Source of the DNA: Adineta vaga
Taxonomy: Eukaryota; Animalia; Rotifera
NCBI GenBank assembly: GCA_021613535.1
Contig: CP075495.1
Coordinates: 7,688,001-7,752,000 of the forward strand
DNA: 64,000 bases
Direction: 5' to 3'
In this document: positions 40,781 through 56,822 of the stretch, piece by piece
How positions within the stretch are numbered: position 1 is the stretch's first letter
How the letters are laid out: every line of letters begins with the position of its first letter
Program-made: the position numbers and the translations under genes
Notes under the pieces: model-generated
The model's database searches: none
What the model saw: the letters and a program-made list of their open reading frames with translations, nothing else
Told to the model about the DNA's origin: nothing

Positions 40781-43012
40781 ATGATCGTTCAATCAGCACC
40801 TCTGATATTGAAACAACAAAATCAACCGAATCGAGAATGTCTCTATGCTTGGTATCCAGAAGTAGTGCCAGATACTGTTGCCACAGTACCAATGGCACCA
40901 CGAGATATTTATATCTATAAAGGACTAGACAAGGACCTTTTACAGCAAAATGAATGTAAGTTAAATATTGATTGTTTAGACTAGAAGCAGAACATATATG
41001 TAATTAACATGATAAGATAATTAAAGTTTGTCTATATATCAATCAATGGGTTTTTTTTATTGATTTTAGCCACTACTAATTGTATTAACAATACTACTAC
41101 GTATGACGTTTTACAACGTTATAAACAAAGTATTGCACCAAGTGAACGAACATATCATTCAGCTGGAACAATTGATGAAGCATTACGAACACCATGGGCA
41201 TTACATTATGAATTACAACGACGACCAGCTACTCCAAATCTTCCATCTCATTCGAATGATGGTATGTAGAAGAATAGAAATGTATTGTTGCTAAGTAAAC
41301 AGAGTAATTGATAGAATACATGTTTCATACTATTGAAATAATTATTGTAACAGAAAGATAACATTCTTCTATCTTCTAAGAGTAAACACGTTATGATACT
41401 CTTGTTGAACTCAAGTATAACATGAACAAAAGTGCTCTATCGATAATTTTATCAATTCGGAAATGAATATTACTGATATTTATTAACAAAAAATGTTTTG
41501 CATGATCTTTGATCAAAGATAGAAGAAAAAAAAGTAACTTTTTGTCATAGTCTATTATTAATGATAGATAATTTATATTTGATGACTCTTTACTTGAAAT
41601 TAATTTCATATGAAAACTAGCATAGTAACTCAGTCATTTCGTTTGTCTATGATTACTATTGATTAGCATAACAAGTATTGTCAAGATGCTTTTTTTATTG
41701 CGTTTTTATAGTTTTCTTTCCGTTTGAAAAAAAAAGAGATGCATGTCAAAGACAACCTTGTCATTTTAGTGCCCATACATGAAGAAGTACCCCGCCGTTT
41801 GAAGAGTGCTCCACTTATTCGTACGATTCCATCAACATCCGTTCTTACTATTCCTGAACCCCGATTTGTTGGTCCTATAGTTTCTGTTTCTACGAATCAA
41901 ACACCTCTGTCGTCATCATCCTCAGCAGCAACAACAACAACAACAACATTAATCAAACCAAGAAGTCGAGCTTCATCAGCTCTAGGACGTTTGACAACGA
42001 CAGTTACTTTTAATGAAGAACAATTGAATAATAATCGAAGAGAACAACAACAACAACGACGTCGAGAAAGTCATTCAGCTCAGAGAACTCCAAAAAACAG
42101 TGAAATAAGAGTATCATATGAAACAAATCCTCCTCTATGTACACAACTTTACACTGAAATACAATCACAACAACCATCTGTAACTATTCCTTCTACGCCA
42201 CCACCACCACCTGTTTATGTTTATCAAAGATCCTCTAGTTGGCGTGGAAATGATTCACCTATTTGTTGCACTACAGTCGAAACCCAAAATCCTGTTGTTC
42301 TCAATCCACATTATATTCGTCGGCCAGGTGTTGTTTCTGCTACAAATGCTGCCAAAAGAACTGTCGTTCAAGACAATACAACAATGAGAAAACCTAGTAA
42401 ACATCGTCGACGACATCATCAACATCAATATTCTCGTCATTCTCAAGAGAAACGAAATGCGCCAATGCTTGCGGTAACACCGTTATCATATTCAACAAAA
42501 GTTCCCATTGAAATCGATGGTGTTAAACTACTCCAACCCTACATTGACATTAGATGATCCATCATTAAATCTGAAAAAATATCTAATCGAAGGTCGTTTA
42601 TATTTAATTAAAGATCAATATTATAATGTAGTAGAAAATATCGATCCAATAGTCGTTGAAACACACAAGGAAACTCTAACGTAATTATTAAGAACAAAAA
42701 GAATAAAACGAAATTTTAATTCTTTATTTTAGTCTTCCTCCACGACCAAAATATTATCAAACAATTCCAATTGAAAAACTGCAAATACCAAAACCAGCGC
42801 CTGAAGTCCATTACAATGCGTCTGAAACATTCTTCTATAATACAATGCCTAAACGAGTACATCGTTATGTCATTGATCCAAATTTTATTTCAGAAAATCT
42901 CAATGTGAATAAAATGTCTCTGTCACAACGTCCACCAACAGCCAACGTTGTTCATTCAACAATAAACGATTTTAAACGACAATCTACCATCCAACCAACT
43001 GTTTATGCATAA
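40781..43012 (+). CDS. Unknown Pro/Ser/Thr-rich protein, 4 exons (40781-40955, 41070-41261, 41770-42680, 42733-43012), with a frameshift at ~42534
   Basis: GT-AG introns are phase-consistent. After GVKLL the coding-like sequence continues in another frame (NPTLTLDDPSLNLKKYLIEGRLYLIKDQ...) and splices correctly into the last exon. Confidence 0.7.
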
Positions 43013-46000
43013 AATCTCAATAAAAAACTGATATAATTATTGTGTTTATTTCTCTTTTATTTTTGGTGATCTTTTTTCTCTTTTCTCTCACACTCTCCCT
43101 TTTTCTTTCTTTCTTGTGCCTTCTTCTTCTTTTTATATAAAACAAAACAAAAGCAAAGACCAGGTATGGCCTCTACATTTATCATCATTATTGTAATTAT
43201 ATTGTTGCAAATATTAATTGTGAATGCATATACCACCATCGTTGAAAATGGCATGAAGAAAATAGATTGAAATGAAAGTGCCTAGATATTTGCACATCTT
43301 ATCATCGTTCCTAATAGCAATTCGAGTAATGGCGATGATGACAGAAATGAAATCGGCGATAAAAGAAAAAGGCTTTGTTGATTTGACGTCAATGAATTTT
43401 ATTTTTTTGTCCTTTTTTGATTATTACTGATTATAAAAGGATGTCGAATGATTGACTGAAAACAGCTTACACATGCTAAAAAATTCCATCTGAATATTTT
43501 TTTTCTTCTTCTCTAGACAAAGAAGAGATGAAGATAATTGAACAAAAAAGGAGCTAGCTCATTGCTTTTGTCGATCGTAGTCCTTATTAGTCGATCTTTC
43601 GCGAGCATCAGCACTCAAGCAAAAAGTAAGGATAGACAGAGACGGAGAAGAAAAGAGAAAGAGAGAAAGAAAGATTCAAGTCGTGTAAAACAAGATCTAT
43701 TGAAAAAATAGCAAGAAGGAGTAAGTAGATGTGTTTACTGAAGTAGGTACGTGTGAATAAAATTTGACAAGTAAATTCTGGTTGATTTTTGCGCCTACGA
43801 GAGCTAAGCGTACTGGACTGAATCATCATTATTATTAATAGATTCACGACAGAAAGGAAAACAAAAGGTACTAGAACCCAGTTGATAGGGTGAGTATATT
43901 GACGTTAGGGAGATCGTCGATGAGAATGAAAATGTATAAATTAATTTTTATTTCTCTTCAATTCTCTGATGAACTATTGTATTTATTAATTAGTCGAACG
44001 AATACAAAAGAATAAATTCAATCATATGAAGACTAATATGTTTTTTTTCATATTTTCTTATCATTAGAGAAATCAACATTGATCAAAGTAAAGAAATAAG
44101 ATTGAAAAAAAAACATCTCTCCCTCTCCCTCTTTTTCCCTTGCGATATATATATATATTTTTTTTTGAGAAAAAAAACTATTATTTTATTTATAGTTCGT
44201 CGCATTAAATATCTAAATTAATAGACCTAATTTCTAATAAATAATGTAAAATAAACAATTGCATGTGCACGATGTCGATTCATCTCGAAACAATATTCTT
44301 ATTATTTGTATTTTGTTTTGCATTTTATCTCTCTTCTAAAAGAAACATCGTGCCCCTTAGTATTTTAACGGAAATTTGATCGATTGGTATTTTATTGCTA
44401 TCATCGGAGACAGAACTACAGTAGTGATGAGTATGTTGTATTTTATATTTTGTGTCAAATAGAGAATACTTCTAGACAACTAGATCAATCATATAGTTGA
44501 TTCAATCACTTGCGCGTAAATGCACACATGCAGAACTATCATTAATACATCGTTTGAATGAAATTTTGCGTTTGTATTTTTGAGAAAGAGATGTTGTTGT
44601 TCTTTTTCAGTTGATTTTTCTTATCATACCAATGATATTTACATTGGTATAGGAAATATGATATGTCGTGTTGTCATCAAATGTTTTTTTTAAAATAATT
44701 TTGTAAGATTTTATTTGCATATTGCATGTAGAAAGAACTATAAGAACAAGAAATCGAGTCAAAATCTCTATTCTTTTCCAGTACAATAGTTACTCTCGAT
44801 CTTTAATAACTAGATTAATAAATATGTGTTGCTATCTATTATTTATTAGTTTTCTTTTTTCTTTCAAGAAAACTAAAAACTAATGAATAAAGTATGTTCA
44901 AAATAGTTGCGAGTTAGATTTCTTCTTCAACAAATAAAGACGATTTTAAAGAGATAACAAGAAAGTTTTCCTTTTGCGAATATATTAATAAGAAATGACA
45001 AATTTTCCGCTAAATACTATCCGATAAAGACAAAGAAATCGATTCTTTTATTTCATAATCTATGATTATATATGTAGATTGTTTCGTCTAGTTTTTTTTC
45101 TTCTTTACTAATCACAATTTATTGTACAATGTAAAGTATAAAGTATGTTGCATTCAACCATAGAATATTCATTTGTAAGTTTGCACTTCATCATCATTGC
45201 TTTCTTTCTTTCTTTCTTTCTTCTCTCATTTCTTCTTCTTCTTCTTCCGCAAAAGATTACATAGCGACGAGAATACGTCCATCTATTCATTCTTGACGAA
45301 CATTGGTATCGAAATGTTGTTACGCGTTCATGCTGGTACTATAACGATCATGTAAATGAGAGAAAAAGCACATCTATATACACAGTATGTTGATGACGCG
45401 AAAATCCTTCTCGAATGCAAATATCTATCGAGAATTTCAACTAATAATATTATCTATTTCTTCTTCTTCTTCTTTTTCTTTCCCGTAGTCATTATCTGTG
45501 TTATTTTCTTCGTCTCCTCCTCTTCCATCTTGATTTTATTCTGAACAAAAAAATTTAAAACAAGAAACGATCTATTTGATTTACATGAGTAAGTTCGAGT
45601 TAAAAATAAGAACATTTATCAGTGAATTTTTCTGTCAACATAACCTTATTATGAAAAAAAAGAAGAAAGAAAGAAAGAAAGAAGAACTTCATCACTGACG
45701 ATAGTGCTTTTTTCGATGACATATTTCTAATGTTGATAGATAGGAGCCCATCAAAAGACTTGTGTATCAGTCATACCAACTGAAGCTTTTTACATAGTAT
45801 ATTTTCTCTCTATTCTTAGCTTCTACAACTAGTGATAGATAATTAAAAAGAATTTCGTTATTGATAACTGATAACGTTTGAATATATGCTGTTGTTTGAT
45901 TATTGATTGTAGATTGAGTGAGAGATATATCTTTAGCTGAAATAGGATGAGATTATAACAAGAAATGTTTATTTATCATTACAGTAATATTGATAACCTC

Positions 46001-48070
46001 ACAGAAAAATAGGAAGATGAATAATTTTCTTTTTTGCTCGATTTAACATAAAAGAAAATCTTCAGTATATGTGTATTTTATAAACGAGTTTTCTTTTTCT
46101 AAAGATTATAACGGTTGATTAAAATCTTTTACGTAGAAACATTTTTTGGTTTGAAAAGACCAAGTAGAAGCAGAATAATAATAATAGCAACTCATAGAGG
46201 AGATGAAGCTTATTATAGTTTCCATAATCATCAATTACCGTTTTTTCTCAAGGAAAAAGAATTGACAAGCATGAAAAATAATATAAGCAAAGTTTACTAA
46301 CCCGACTGATCCGTTCTGTCTATATATAGAAAGAAAAGCAATTGATTCAATTACGTTTTTCTTTCTCTCTCTCTCTCGCTCTCTATTTTCTTGTGTATAC
46401 AGATATATTTGAACTTCTAAGTCGTGAATTAACATCTAATGATACTCGGATGTCATATTAATTGATGATACATAGAAAAATCGTTAGAAAACGACCTCAT
46501 CGTTCTGCTTAGTTAATCTTTAACTAGTCAATGTTATCAGAAGAATAAAATCATTTTCAGGAAATGTTACTTCCTATCATTAGACCGGTCGGATATAGTT
46601 GAATAAAAAGCGGATTTTTGAATAGGTGCGATAATGAGAACGATAAAATAACATCTTTTTTCGTGAAAGAAAAACAAGCCTAAACGACCGATGAGTTTCT
46701 AAAGAATGCTAAGTATGATATGAGAGTTGTTGGAGAAGCATGTCAATCTATTCATTCAAGGTTTTCTCTTTTCTTTTGTATCTCGGAATGAAATAGATCT
46801 CTTTTATACTGCTTCTTTTTCTTAATCGTGAATGAGCGTTTTCTAAATCGAATCATATAGATCAGGCAACAAATGATGAGCATGAAATTTTCTATCGAGC
46901 CTTTTGGATGATAGGCTAATAGTGCTTGGCATGCGTACAATGTCTGTCTATGCTTTGACAATAATCTCTCTACTCTATAAAGCAGAATAAAGGAAAAGAA
47001 AAGAAAAGAAAAAGAGAATAACCGAATAGTATAACTCATCATGATGCTATTTAATAAGTATCTATCGATGGGTAAGAAGTTTTCATTGAAAGATAAAGTT
47101 GCATGTCTTCCTACGAGATTAGTCCAATGAAATACAAGAAAAGTAATATTTGATGAACATCTATTTACGCTGAGAAGAAACTATCGATGAATGTATGTAT
47201 GTATATATCTATATATATATCTGTAGGCTAATTCGAGCACGTCAAATTCGTCTTTTAAAATATAGGATAAAAACTCAGATGACGAAGTATAGACAAGCAA
47301 GATCGAAATCTCTTGAGATTTACATGCGTACACATAGACATCATCATGAAAAAAATGCACAAAAAATAAAACCTCGCAATAAAATTATTTAAATGTAAAA
47401 GCTGACTCTATTTAGCATATCTCATAGGGAATGTACGAAGAAAAAAACGGAACATATAGATGAGAAACAACCAAGTTCGCTTAGTTACTATGAGATTCTC
47501 TTGAGAATTAACTTTTGTTTGGATTGAAATGATTTTCTTTCTTTCATTTATTGAAAACATAGAACAAATTTTAGATTTGACTATAACTATTTAATAGATT
47601 AGATAATTTTTATGTAAACAGATCATTTATATACAACATATGTTCCTTTACTTTAGACTTTTCCTTCTTTTTTTTTTTGGTTTGATTCTGAATAAATATG
47701 TTAGAGCAAGAACCATTACATCTGTCGCTCGGCAAATGTTGTTACTTTTGTTTTGCCGTATACAATTGATGGTAGACAATATTTTTTGTGTGGACGAGCA
47801 AGCGAAAGAATTATCGTGCGAACATGTTTCTCCAGAGACTCTATTCGGAAAAATAAGTACAAAACAAATGTATGCATATATATATATATATATAGATTTC
47901 AGGAAACTCCAATCGATCCGTCATAATACATGTAGCCTATTGTTTTTTTTTATTAATGTAGATTTCTTCTATTTCTTTTCCTTTTCAGAAGAGAGACAAA
48001 AAAAAATACACGAGGAATTTTCTTGTTTCATGAAAATCTACAAATGATCATCGGTGTAACGACGATATGA

Positions 48071-50623
48071 ATGATGAATATCACAGAAGAATCAATTGAT
48101 TTAAAAAGATATCTAGTAAAACGATCGAATAGCGAAAGTTCTGATTCAAAATTATTAGATTTCTGTCAATTATTTCGTCTATATTCAAGTATTATACTTG
48201 TCATTGTTGGTAAATAGATATTCATCGATGATAAACAAATTTCTTCGATATATTTTCTTTATTTATAGGTATGATCGGTTCGCTGCTTTCGATAAAAGTC
48301 TTTTCATCGACAAAAATTCGACGAAATTCATCTAATGAATATCTTATTACAAGTAATTAAAAGATAGCTGTCCTTTTCTCAATCATAAAAATCTATTTTC
48401 TATTTAGTGAGCTTTGTAGTAGCATTATTGCTATTTAATTACTTTTGTGATGAAGTTCTTCGATCGATTGTACGTGTTCACGATGTAAAATTACCAATAA
48501 ATCTTGTTGATTTATCGGGACCACTTTGTAAATGTAAGTAGAATTGATAAACGACAATGTACGCATTTACCTTATTTTAAACGTTTACATAAGAATGCTA
48601 GTCTATTCTTAGTTAAGATACATCATTAGAACTGTTAGATTAAAGAACCGGAACTAGCATTTGGATCAGTTAGGCACTTTTGTCTATTAATTATCTTATT
48701 TTGATGAGAAGGTCACGACATATAAGTTAAAGAAATTATCCATCAAATTCTAACATTTAAAAAGAAAACAAGACAATATCTAATCTATAACTCCGATTAT
48801 AAGAAGAAGAAGAAAAGATTATTGAATAGAATTCATTATTAGAATAATAATCAGAAGGAAATTTCTTGAAAATACTTTAGTCATCAGACGTCATATTACT
48901 TTATATTATCTGTTGATGACTTTAACATTAACATCAATTTAAAGAAATTATTGGATATAATTTATTGAATACAATACATATGAATAAAGGTCAATTGCTT
49001 TCGTTATATTTTTATTTTCGTATAATTATAAATAATCGAAAAGTTTTCTAATCTGATATCATGTTCAGATCAATTGTTGAATTATCATCTTTTCTCATAG
49101 GGTTTGAATTGATCTAATTATTAAAATCGTATTGAGAAAGATTTCTTTGAATTATTTATTAATTTGTATTGATTAGTAATATGATCATATACAATTACTT
49201 TTGTCTACTTATCTCAATCAGATATGTTGAATATTTTCAAGAAATAGAAGAAGAAGATAATCACAATTAGGAAAGATATTTATCTTATCAATTGACAAAT
49301 TGTCTCTACAGTTAAATGAATCGAGTATTTGAAGCCACAAGTAATTTGTTTTTCTTTTTTTTGTTATTGGAATGTTTTCTATCAATATGAATATTCATAA
49401 CAACTAATTACAAGATCATTCATGCATAAATTCTTCTTAGACGTATTTCTTCTTGTTACTTACTAAAAATAAATTCCTATGTCCAAATATCCATCGAAGA
49501 TTAATTCAATAAGAAAAAATGGGCGTCATAATTATGTTTTTTTTTCTCTTCCGGAATTTTTCAATTATGATAAGAAAAGTTACAATATATAAAGAATGAA
49601 TCTTTTCTTTGCCTAGGCTCAACTTATCTCCGTCATACATTACGATTTGCTGCTCATTGGATAGTTGTCGCATTTACACTTGAACGTCTTATTGTTGTCT
49701 ATTTTCCACTTCAAACATCAGTCTTATGCAATCCACGGAGTGCGCGTCGAATATGTTTATTTATCTTAATCATATCATTTCTCTTACCATTTTATTCATT
49801 TCTTATGTCCAATGTAAATAATGATGAGAAGAATGAAGTTTACGAATGTGATATTATGCATGAATATAAAGCAATTTATTTTTATCTAACAATTATCTAT
49901 GGAAATTTAACTTTAACATTTCCAATATTAATTGTTAGTATTGTTAATATCTTAACTGTTCGACAATTATTACGTGCTGGACGTTTAAGAAAAAAGCAAC
50001 AACAACAACAACAATTGAGTCAAACGAAAAAAGTCGATAGTGCCAATAATGAATATGTAAATATGATTATGAAAAATCAATTAGAAAATGATAAAGTAAC
50101 ATGGATGCTTGTTGTTATTTCAATAACATTTGGAATTTTAAATTTTCCATATTTTATTCTTTGGTTAGTTACGTGTATTATGCGTGTACGAGGAGATACT
50201 CCACCGATTTATGTTGAAGCTGGACGTATGATAGCTGAAGTTTTCTATCTACTTAATTATAGTCTCTATTTCTTTCTCTATGTTATATCGAGACGAAGTT
50301 TTCGAAAAGTTTTAATTGAAAAAATGCGTTGGCGATGTGATTGGTTTGAACAATGGCGTCAATATGAAATGCGCGTTGATGCTGCTATACTTTCTCAACA
50401 AATGTCTAGACAAGAAACTGTACGAAATGGTAAGGAAAGTACAATTCTTGAACGTCACACATCTTTAACAAATATACGTCCAAGTACATCACGTCGATTA
50501 TTACAAACAGAAACAATTCAAAATGAAGAAGTACTTCAATCAAATACGAATCGAACAAGTCAAATGATAACATCAGAAAAATCCAATGGAATTTATCCAT
50601 ATGATTTCGGCAATACCGTATAA
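48071..50623 (+). CDS. Class A (rhodopsin-like) peptide-receptor-type GPCR (exons 48071-48209, 48269-48352, 48408-48533, 49617-50623)
   Basis: Seven TMs, TM3 Cys (LCK), WIVVAFTLERLIVVYFP, TM6 FGILNFPY and TM7 LNYSLYFFLY; typical of FMRFamide-receptor-like invertebrate GPCRs. Confidence 0.88.
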
Positions 50624-51503
50624 ATTTCAAGACTCTGTTATGTGATGATGAGCAATGTTAACTTTTATTTTTTATTTCCTCCTTCCAGTGTATTGTAATG
50701 GATCGAAGTGTGCTCCCATTATATTTTCAATTTTTTTTTGTTTTTTTTTCTTTGTTTTTTAAAATATAATGCTTAGATAAGTACACACCGATCAAACCTT
50801 CTTGTGTGCTTAAATTTCAAGATGAATTTATCAATACTGAGCTTTTTATTGTTAAAAATACTTGAATCTAGGATAAGTATATTGATGTATCTTGTCATTT
50901 TTCGAATAATTAATGTGATAGGATGATTTCATTTTTGTTCATTCAATCGAAAGAAAAAAAAAGTAAACATGACTATCGATTAATTAATTCAAACACATAA
51001 AACCGATGTTTTCTCTTTCTGTAATTGAGTACATCAATCATCTTTTTTAAGAAACAAAATATATGGTTCAATAATCCGATTATTAGACGTTAAAATTGAC
51101 AAGCAAGAAATTGAATACGTTTATTTATTGAACATCAATGTCCAAAGTTCACATTTCTATTGGCATTGCACTCTTTTATTTGACACCATATTTGTTTTAA
51201 TTGAAATCAAATGTGTCGTGAATAAAAGTACCTACACATAGTCACGTTCGATTACTCAATTCATTATTAGACAATAACGCCATTAAAAATCATGATATTC
51301 ATATCTTGTTGTTTATACTTTAACAGTAAATTATTCTGACATGTTACAATATAGTGTGTCAACTATCTTTGAACGATTTTTATTTTTATATAATCTTTGT
51401 TTATTCGATGCAAATAATTTTCAATTGTAACAAATTATCGCGCATTTAACTTTTTCATACATTTCGAAGTGCATTAGTTTTTTGAATTTAAACTGGCTTA
51501 TAG

Positions 51504-53424
51504 AATCATAGAAAACCGTTATGATATTGATGAATATTCTTCTCATTCTGAAACTGCTTTTTTCACATCATTCAGTGAACAATATGATGAAAAAACATCG
51601 ATGGAAAGGTAATAACTACCTTCCTCATCATTTCAACTACTATCTCGAATAATCAAGTACAGATTAAGAAAAAACATGAAACATCAAGTCCATTCTTCTT
51701 CGATGAAATACCACCTGTTTGAGTATGTGTGACACATCTATAAATTGAAGGATACATTTTCTAATTACCTCCTTTAGAACAAATGTACACAATAATATCA
51801 CACCATTCTATTTATTGTCAGAAAATATGATTACTAATACGAATGCAATAGAATCAATACCAATAAAGAAAACAATTGATTTAGAAGCATCAAATCATCT
51901 ATCTCAAGAACAACAATTAGATTCGATTTCTATTGAGTAATATGTTCTATTTATGAAGATCAACGAAAACTTGATGTATATTTTCAGACAAAAACAATTA
52001 CAAACTATAACAGATAGTTTAATTAGTATTGAATTAACACATAATGATTTAAAATCCCCTGTGAAGAGTTCATATCAAATTCCTAGTCCAACTATTCTTT
52101 TACCTGGAGAATTTTCTTCATCACCAAAATCGATTATTAATAGTAATACAGTGATTAATAAAATTCAAAGATCATCACCCATTGAAAGTAATCGAAATTT
52201 GTAAATGAAACTTTCTTTCTTTCTTTTCAATAGAAAAGAAAAAAAAAAGAAAATCATATCATTTAGATTAATCTTCAATCAACCAAATTCATCATTTCAT
52301 CGACGTGATCATATCGAGGATGATAAGATTTCTCTATCGAGTATAAATAGTTTAAATTTAAATCAACCCATATCAGCAACACAGATATCACTACTTAATC
52401 CGACTATTCTCTCTCAACAATTACAAACAACCTCATATGATGGAACAGATGTACCTAAAACTAGTCATCATGATATTTTATCATCACAACATATCATTCC
52501 AACAAAACAAATCGCTATTGTCGTACCACGATTTGTGGATAAACCATTACTTTCGAATAGACTAGTATTCAGTCCAAGAATTTCATGTAGACAATGTTAA
52601 TTGTATACAAACATCTGATTTTGAATTCTTTATTATTATAGTATCACAAATGATGAATGATCTCGATGAAATCTATCAGAGTAATCCACCTTCAACGTTT
52701 TCTCCAAATGTTGATTTATCTCCACTCAAATCCTATCCTGATCAAATGAGTCGTGATCAGAGTCAATTGGATTTTACCACTGAAACATCCTCATTTGATC
52801 CTTCACCTCAAATAAAATCACATCCTGAAATAAAACATGTATGAAATGCATTTTTTCAATCGAAATTTTAATAAATAACTGATTTCTTTTCTAGCAGCCA
52901 CAATCTTCGTGGAAAACAAAATTCACATTAAAAAATTTATTATCAATGGCGAATAGAGATGAAGCTCAAGCATTGAAAGATCGTAAACCTATAGATTATC
53001 ATATGTTTTTAACGAATAAATTTAATAAGAATTCTATTTTTCATTATAATGATCGTGTTAATAAAAATCTATCTCCAAATATCAAATCACAATTGAATGA
53101 TCAAGATCAAAAAGATAATCGAGTGAATAAAAAACTAGCAGATAAAAACATCTTATTCTTTCTTTTTTCAAGAAATTGTACAAACGTTTACTAAGCACGA
53201 TGGGATTACGTAAACCAATTAATATAAAAAAAACAGAATCCATCACGTCGATCAAAAAGATAGCAATGAAACGTGCAAAAAATACAAAACGACCAACAAC
53301 AATTCAATATGATTCTTTTCAAACATCCGATGAAGATTCTATTGAATATTCGAAGAATTATCAAAGTGAACAACCTGTACTGATCAGTTATCAAGCAGTA
53401 ACTGTTTCTTCACATCAAGACTGA
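51504..53424 (+). CDS. Unknown Ser/Ile/Asn-rich multi-exon protein (~8 exons; start codon not resolved)
   Basis: A series of ~50-65 nt GT-AG introns joins the ORF-track fragments in frame up to ...SSHQD*. No recognisable domain. Confidence 0.65.
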
Positions 53425-53579
53425 ACAATATCGATATTTTTCTTTTACTAAACTTTGATCATTTTTGGTGCGATGTGACTTTGATATAACTGACAAGCAC
53501 GGTTACTTGTATAAAATATCTTGTCTTTTCACTATAAAGAAGAAAAAAAAATCATATTTTATCGGCATCAAACCATACC

Positions 53580-53810
53580 ATGAGTAACACTGCTACAAAT
53601 TCCGATACTAGTCGAAGCAAAACACTTGAAGAAAAAATCAATGTCCTGACGGAAAGTTTCTATATTACAACAGATTCAGTTAATAAATTGCAACAAACAT
53701 GTGCTAATCTATTATTGGATAATACAAAACATTATCAATTGGATGTGTTAAATCGTTTGGATGCCGTCGAAAAGAAAATCGAGGATTTTAACAGCGCCGG
53801 AATCGAATAA
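53580..53810 (+). CDS. Small 76-aa coiled-coil protein, possibly HSBP1-like
   Basis: Good start context (ACCATG) and heptad pattern. The C-terminus LNRLDAVEKKIEDFNSAGIE resembles HSBP1 [20 protein letters not shown]. Confidence 0.45.
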   Translation: MSNTATNSDTSRSKTLEEKINVLTESFYITTDSVNKLQQTCANLLLDNTKHYQLDVLNRLDAVEKKIEDFNSAGIE

Positions 53811-55609
53811 ATTTCACATAATATGTTCTTTCTCTTGTTTGTTTTCTATGGAAATAAATATATAAAGAACCATTTTGTTTATTTTTCCGATAGTTTTTAT
53901 ATATGGAAAAGGATATAGATTATTGGCAAGAAAGTTCAATATACATTGTGTATTTACAAAATATGAATAAGACAAATTCAATACTAAACATGGGTTAATT
54001 ATCAATTCTTATTCAATATGATTGTATTTAATCATTTGATCCCATCATCGTCATCATCATTCTAATCAATGATTTCGTTCATTGACACATTTACATCATG
54101 ATTGTTATGTTCATTTCTATTTTGTTCAAACTAACAATGACAATGTGAAAGTGTTCTTCATCTCCAACAGGTATGGGAGTCATTTGGGAAATAAAAACTG
54201 ATCCGTTATCATTCGAAGTATCATCTTAAAAACGACATGTACACATCTACACAGCAGGTATCGATGTGTTAAAAACGATCAACTCTCTTATTATTGATGC
54301 AATCAAATTGTCAAGTCAAATCAATATTACATATACATACACGTGTACACTCCTTCAAACTATAGCAGTCCCTCAAGGCACAGTTGTCTGTATGATGATC
54401 ATCAATTGTCATATAATTTGGAGAGAAAGAGAAGAAGCTTCTACGGTTACAGTTCGTTAACGATATGTTGTTGTCGTATACAGTCTAATTAGTAAAGAAA
54501 AACGACGAAAAACGCGAAAAGATGAAATTAATTTGACGTTTAGACAAACAAAACAGGATTTTTCCTCTAATGTACAGGTATGATGATAGCGGCACGTATA
54601 TGTTTACGTTGCGACATCGATCAGTCAAATATACATACAGGTGACACGATTAAATGATTAGATATTCTTTTCTGAAGGAGAAAAAAAAAGGAAGCATTCG
54701 TCGTTTTTTTTTTGATAAATATCGTGCCGTTAGTATGTTATAGCTACCTCTCCTTGTATTCAATCATTAGTAAGATATATATATATACATATATGCATAC
54801 ATATATATGACAGTTGCATCGAACCGTGTGTAGTCGAAAGATTGTATAGTAGGTAAGTAGATTGTATTATATTATACAAACAAACATATTGATTTCTTAG
54901 TTGACTTGTTTATATGAAGTATATTTGAGATAGGTAAAGTTTTTTTTTTCTTCTTTTTCATCAATCCATTGTAGTGATTTATTTGAAAAGATGAACATTA
55001 TTTATGATGATGTGTGAAATATGAAACGTGAAAATAACTCTCTTCAAACTCCTTGACACATTCAATGTATCATCCTTTTTGGACAAAAGTCTATTTGATG
55101 TTTTGATTCAATTATTTGTATTTAAAAGAAGAAGAAGAGAAAATCCGTCGTTTCTTAAATCAATTCGATAAGTCAATGTTATCTCCGAAATGAATCGCAA
55201 AACGAACTTCAAAAGACACATCTATTTATGTGTATATGTACACTATTCTTAGACAAAAAGTTCATTGGTTAAAGAAAACATATTGAAAAAGCTACATAGA
55301 GAGAAAGAGAAAGAGAAAGTAAGAGAGAGAGAGAGGGGAAGAAGAAAATAAAATGAAATTTTCAAGTCGCATCATTATCACATTGAACTCTTCAAATGTT
55401 AAATTTCAATGAAAATTTTCCACCATTACAAAAACATCAAAGGTATATCATATCATATCCTGCTGAAAACTTCTGTTTCAAATTCAAATATCAAAACGAA
55501 TTTTCTCTTTCGTATTCACACATTGATTATTATCTTCATCTTGTCTCTTGAATTTTTCTTTCTTTCATATAGAAACTTATTTTAATACTTATATATTCAT
55601 TTTAGCAAT

Positions 55610-56822
<1,213 letters not shown>

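Noticed and set aside
44617-44656. Hairpin ATACCAATG-N7-CATTGGTAT (similar short stems at ~13439, ~4420, ~39197)
   Set aside because: Stems of 7-9 bp are expected by chance in AT-rich DNA; too short for a pre-miRNA, and no TSDs or second copy were seen.
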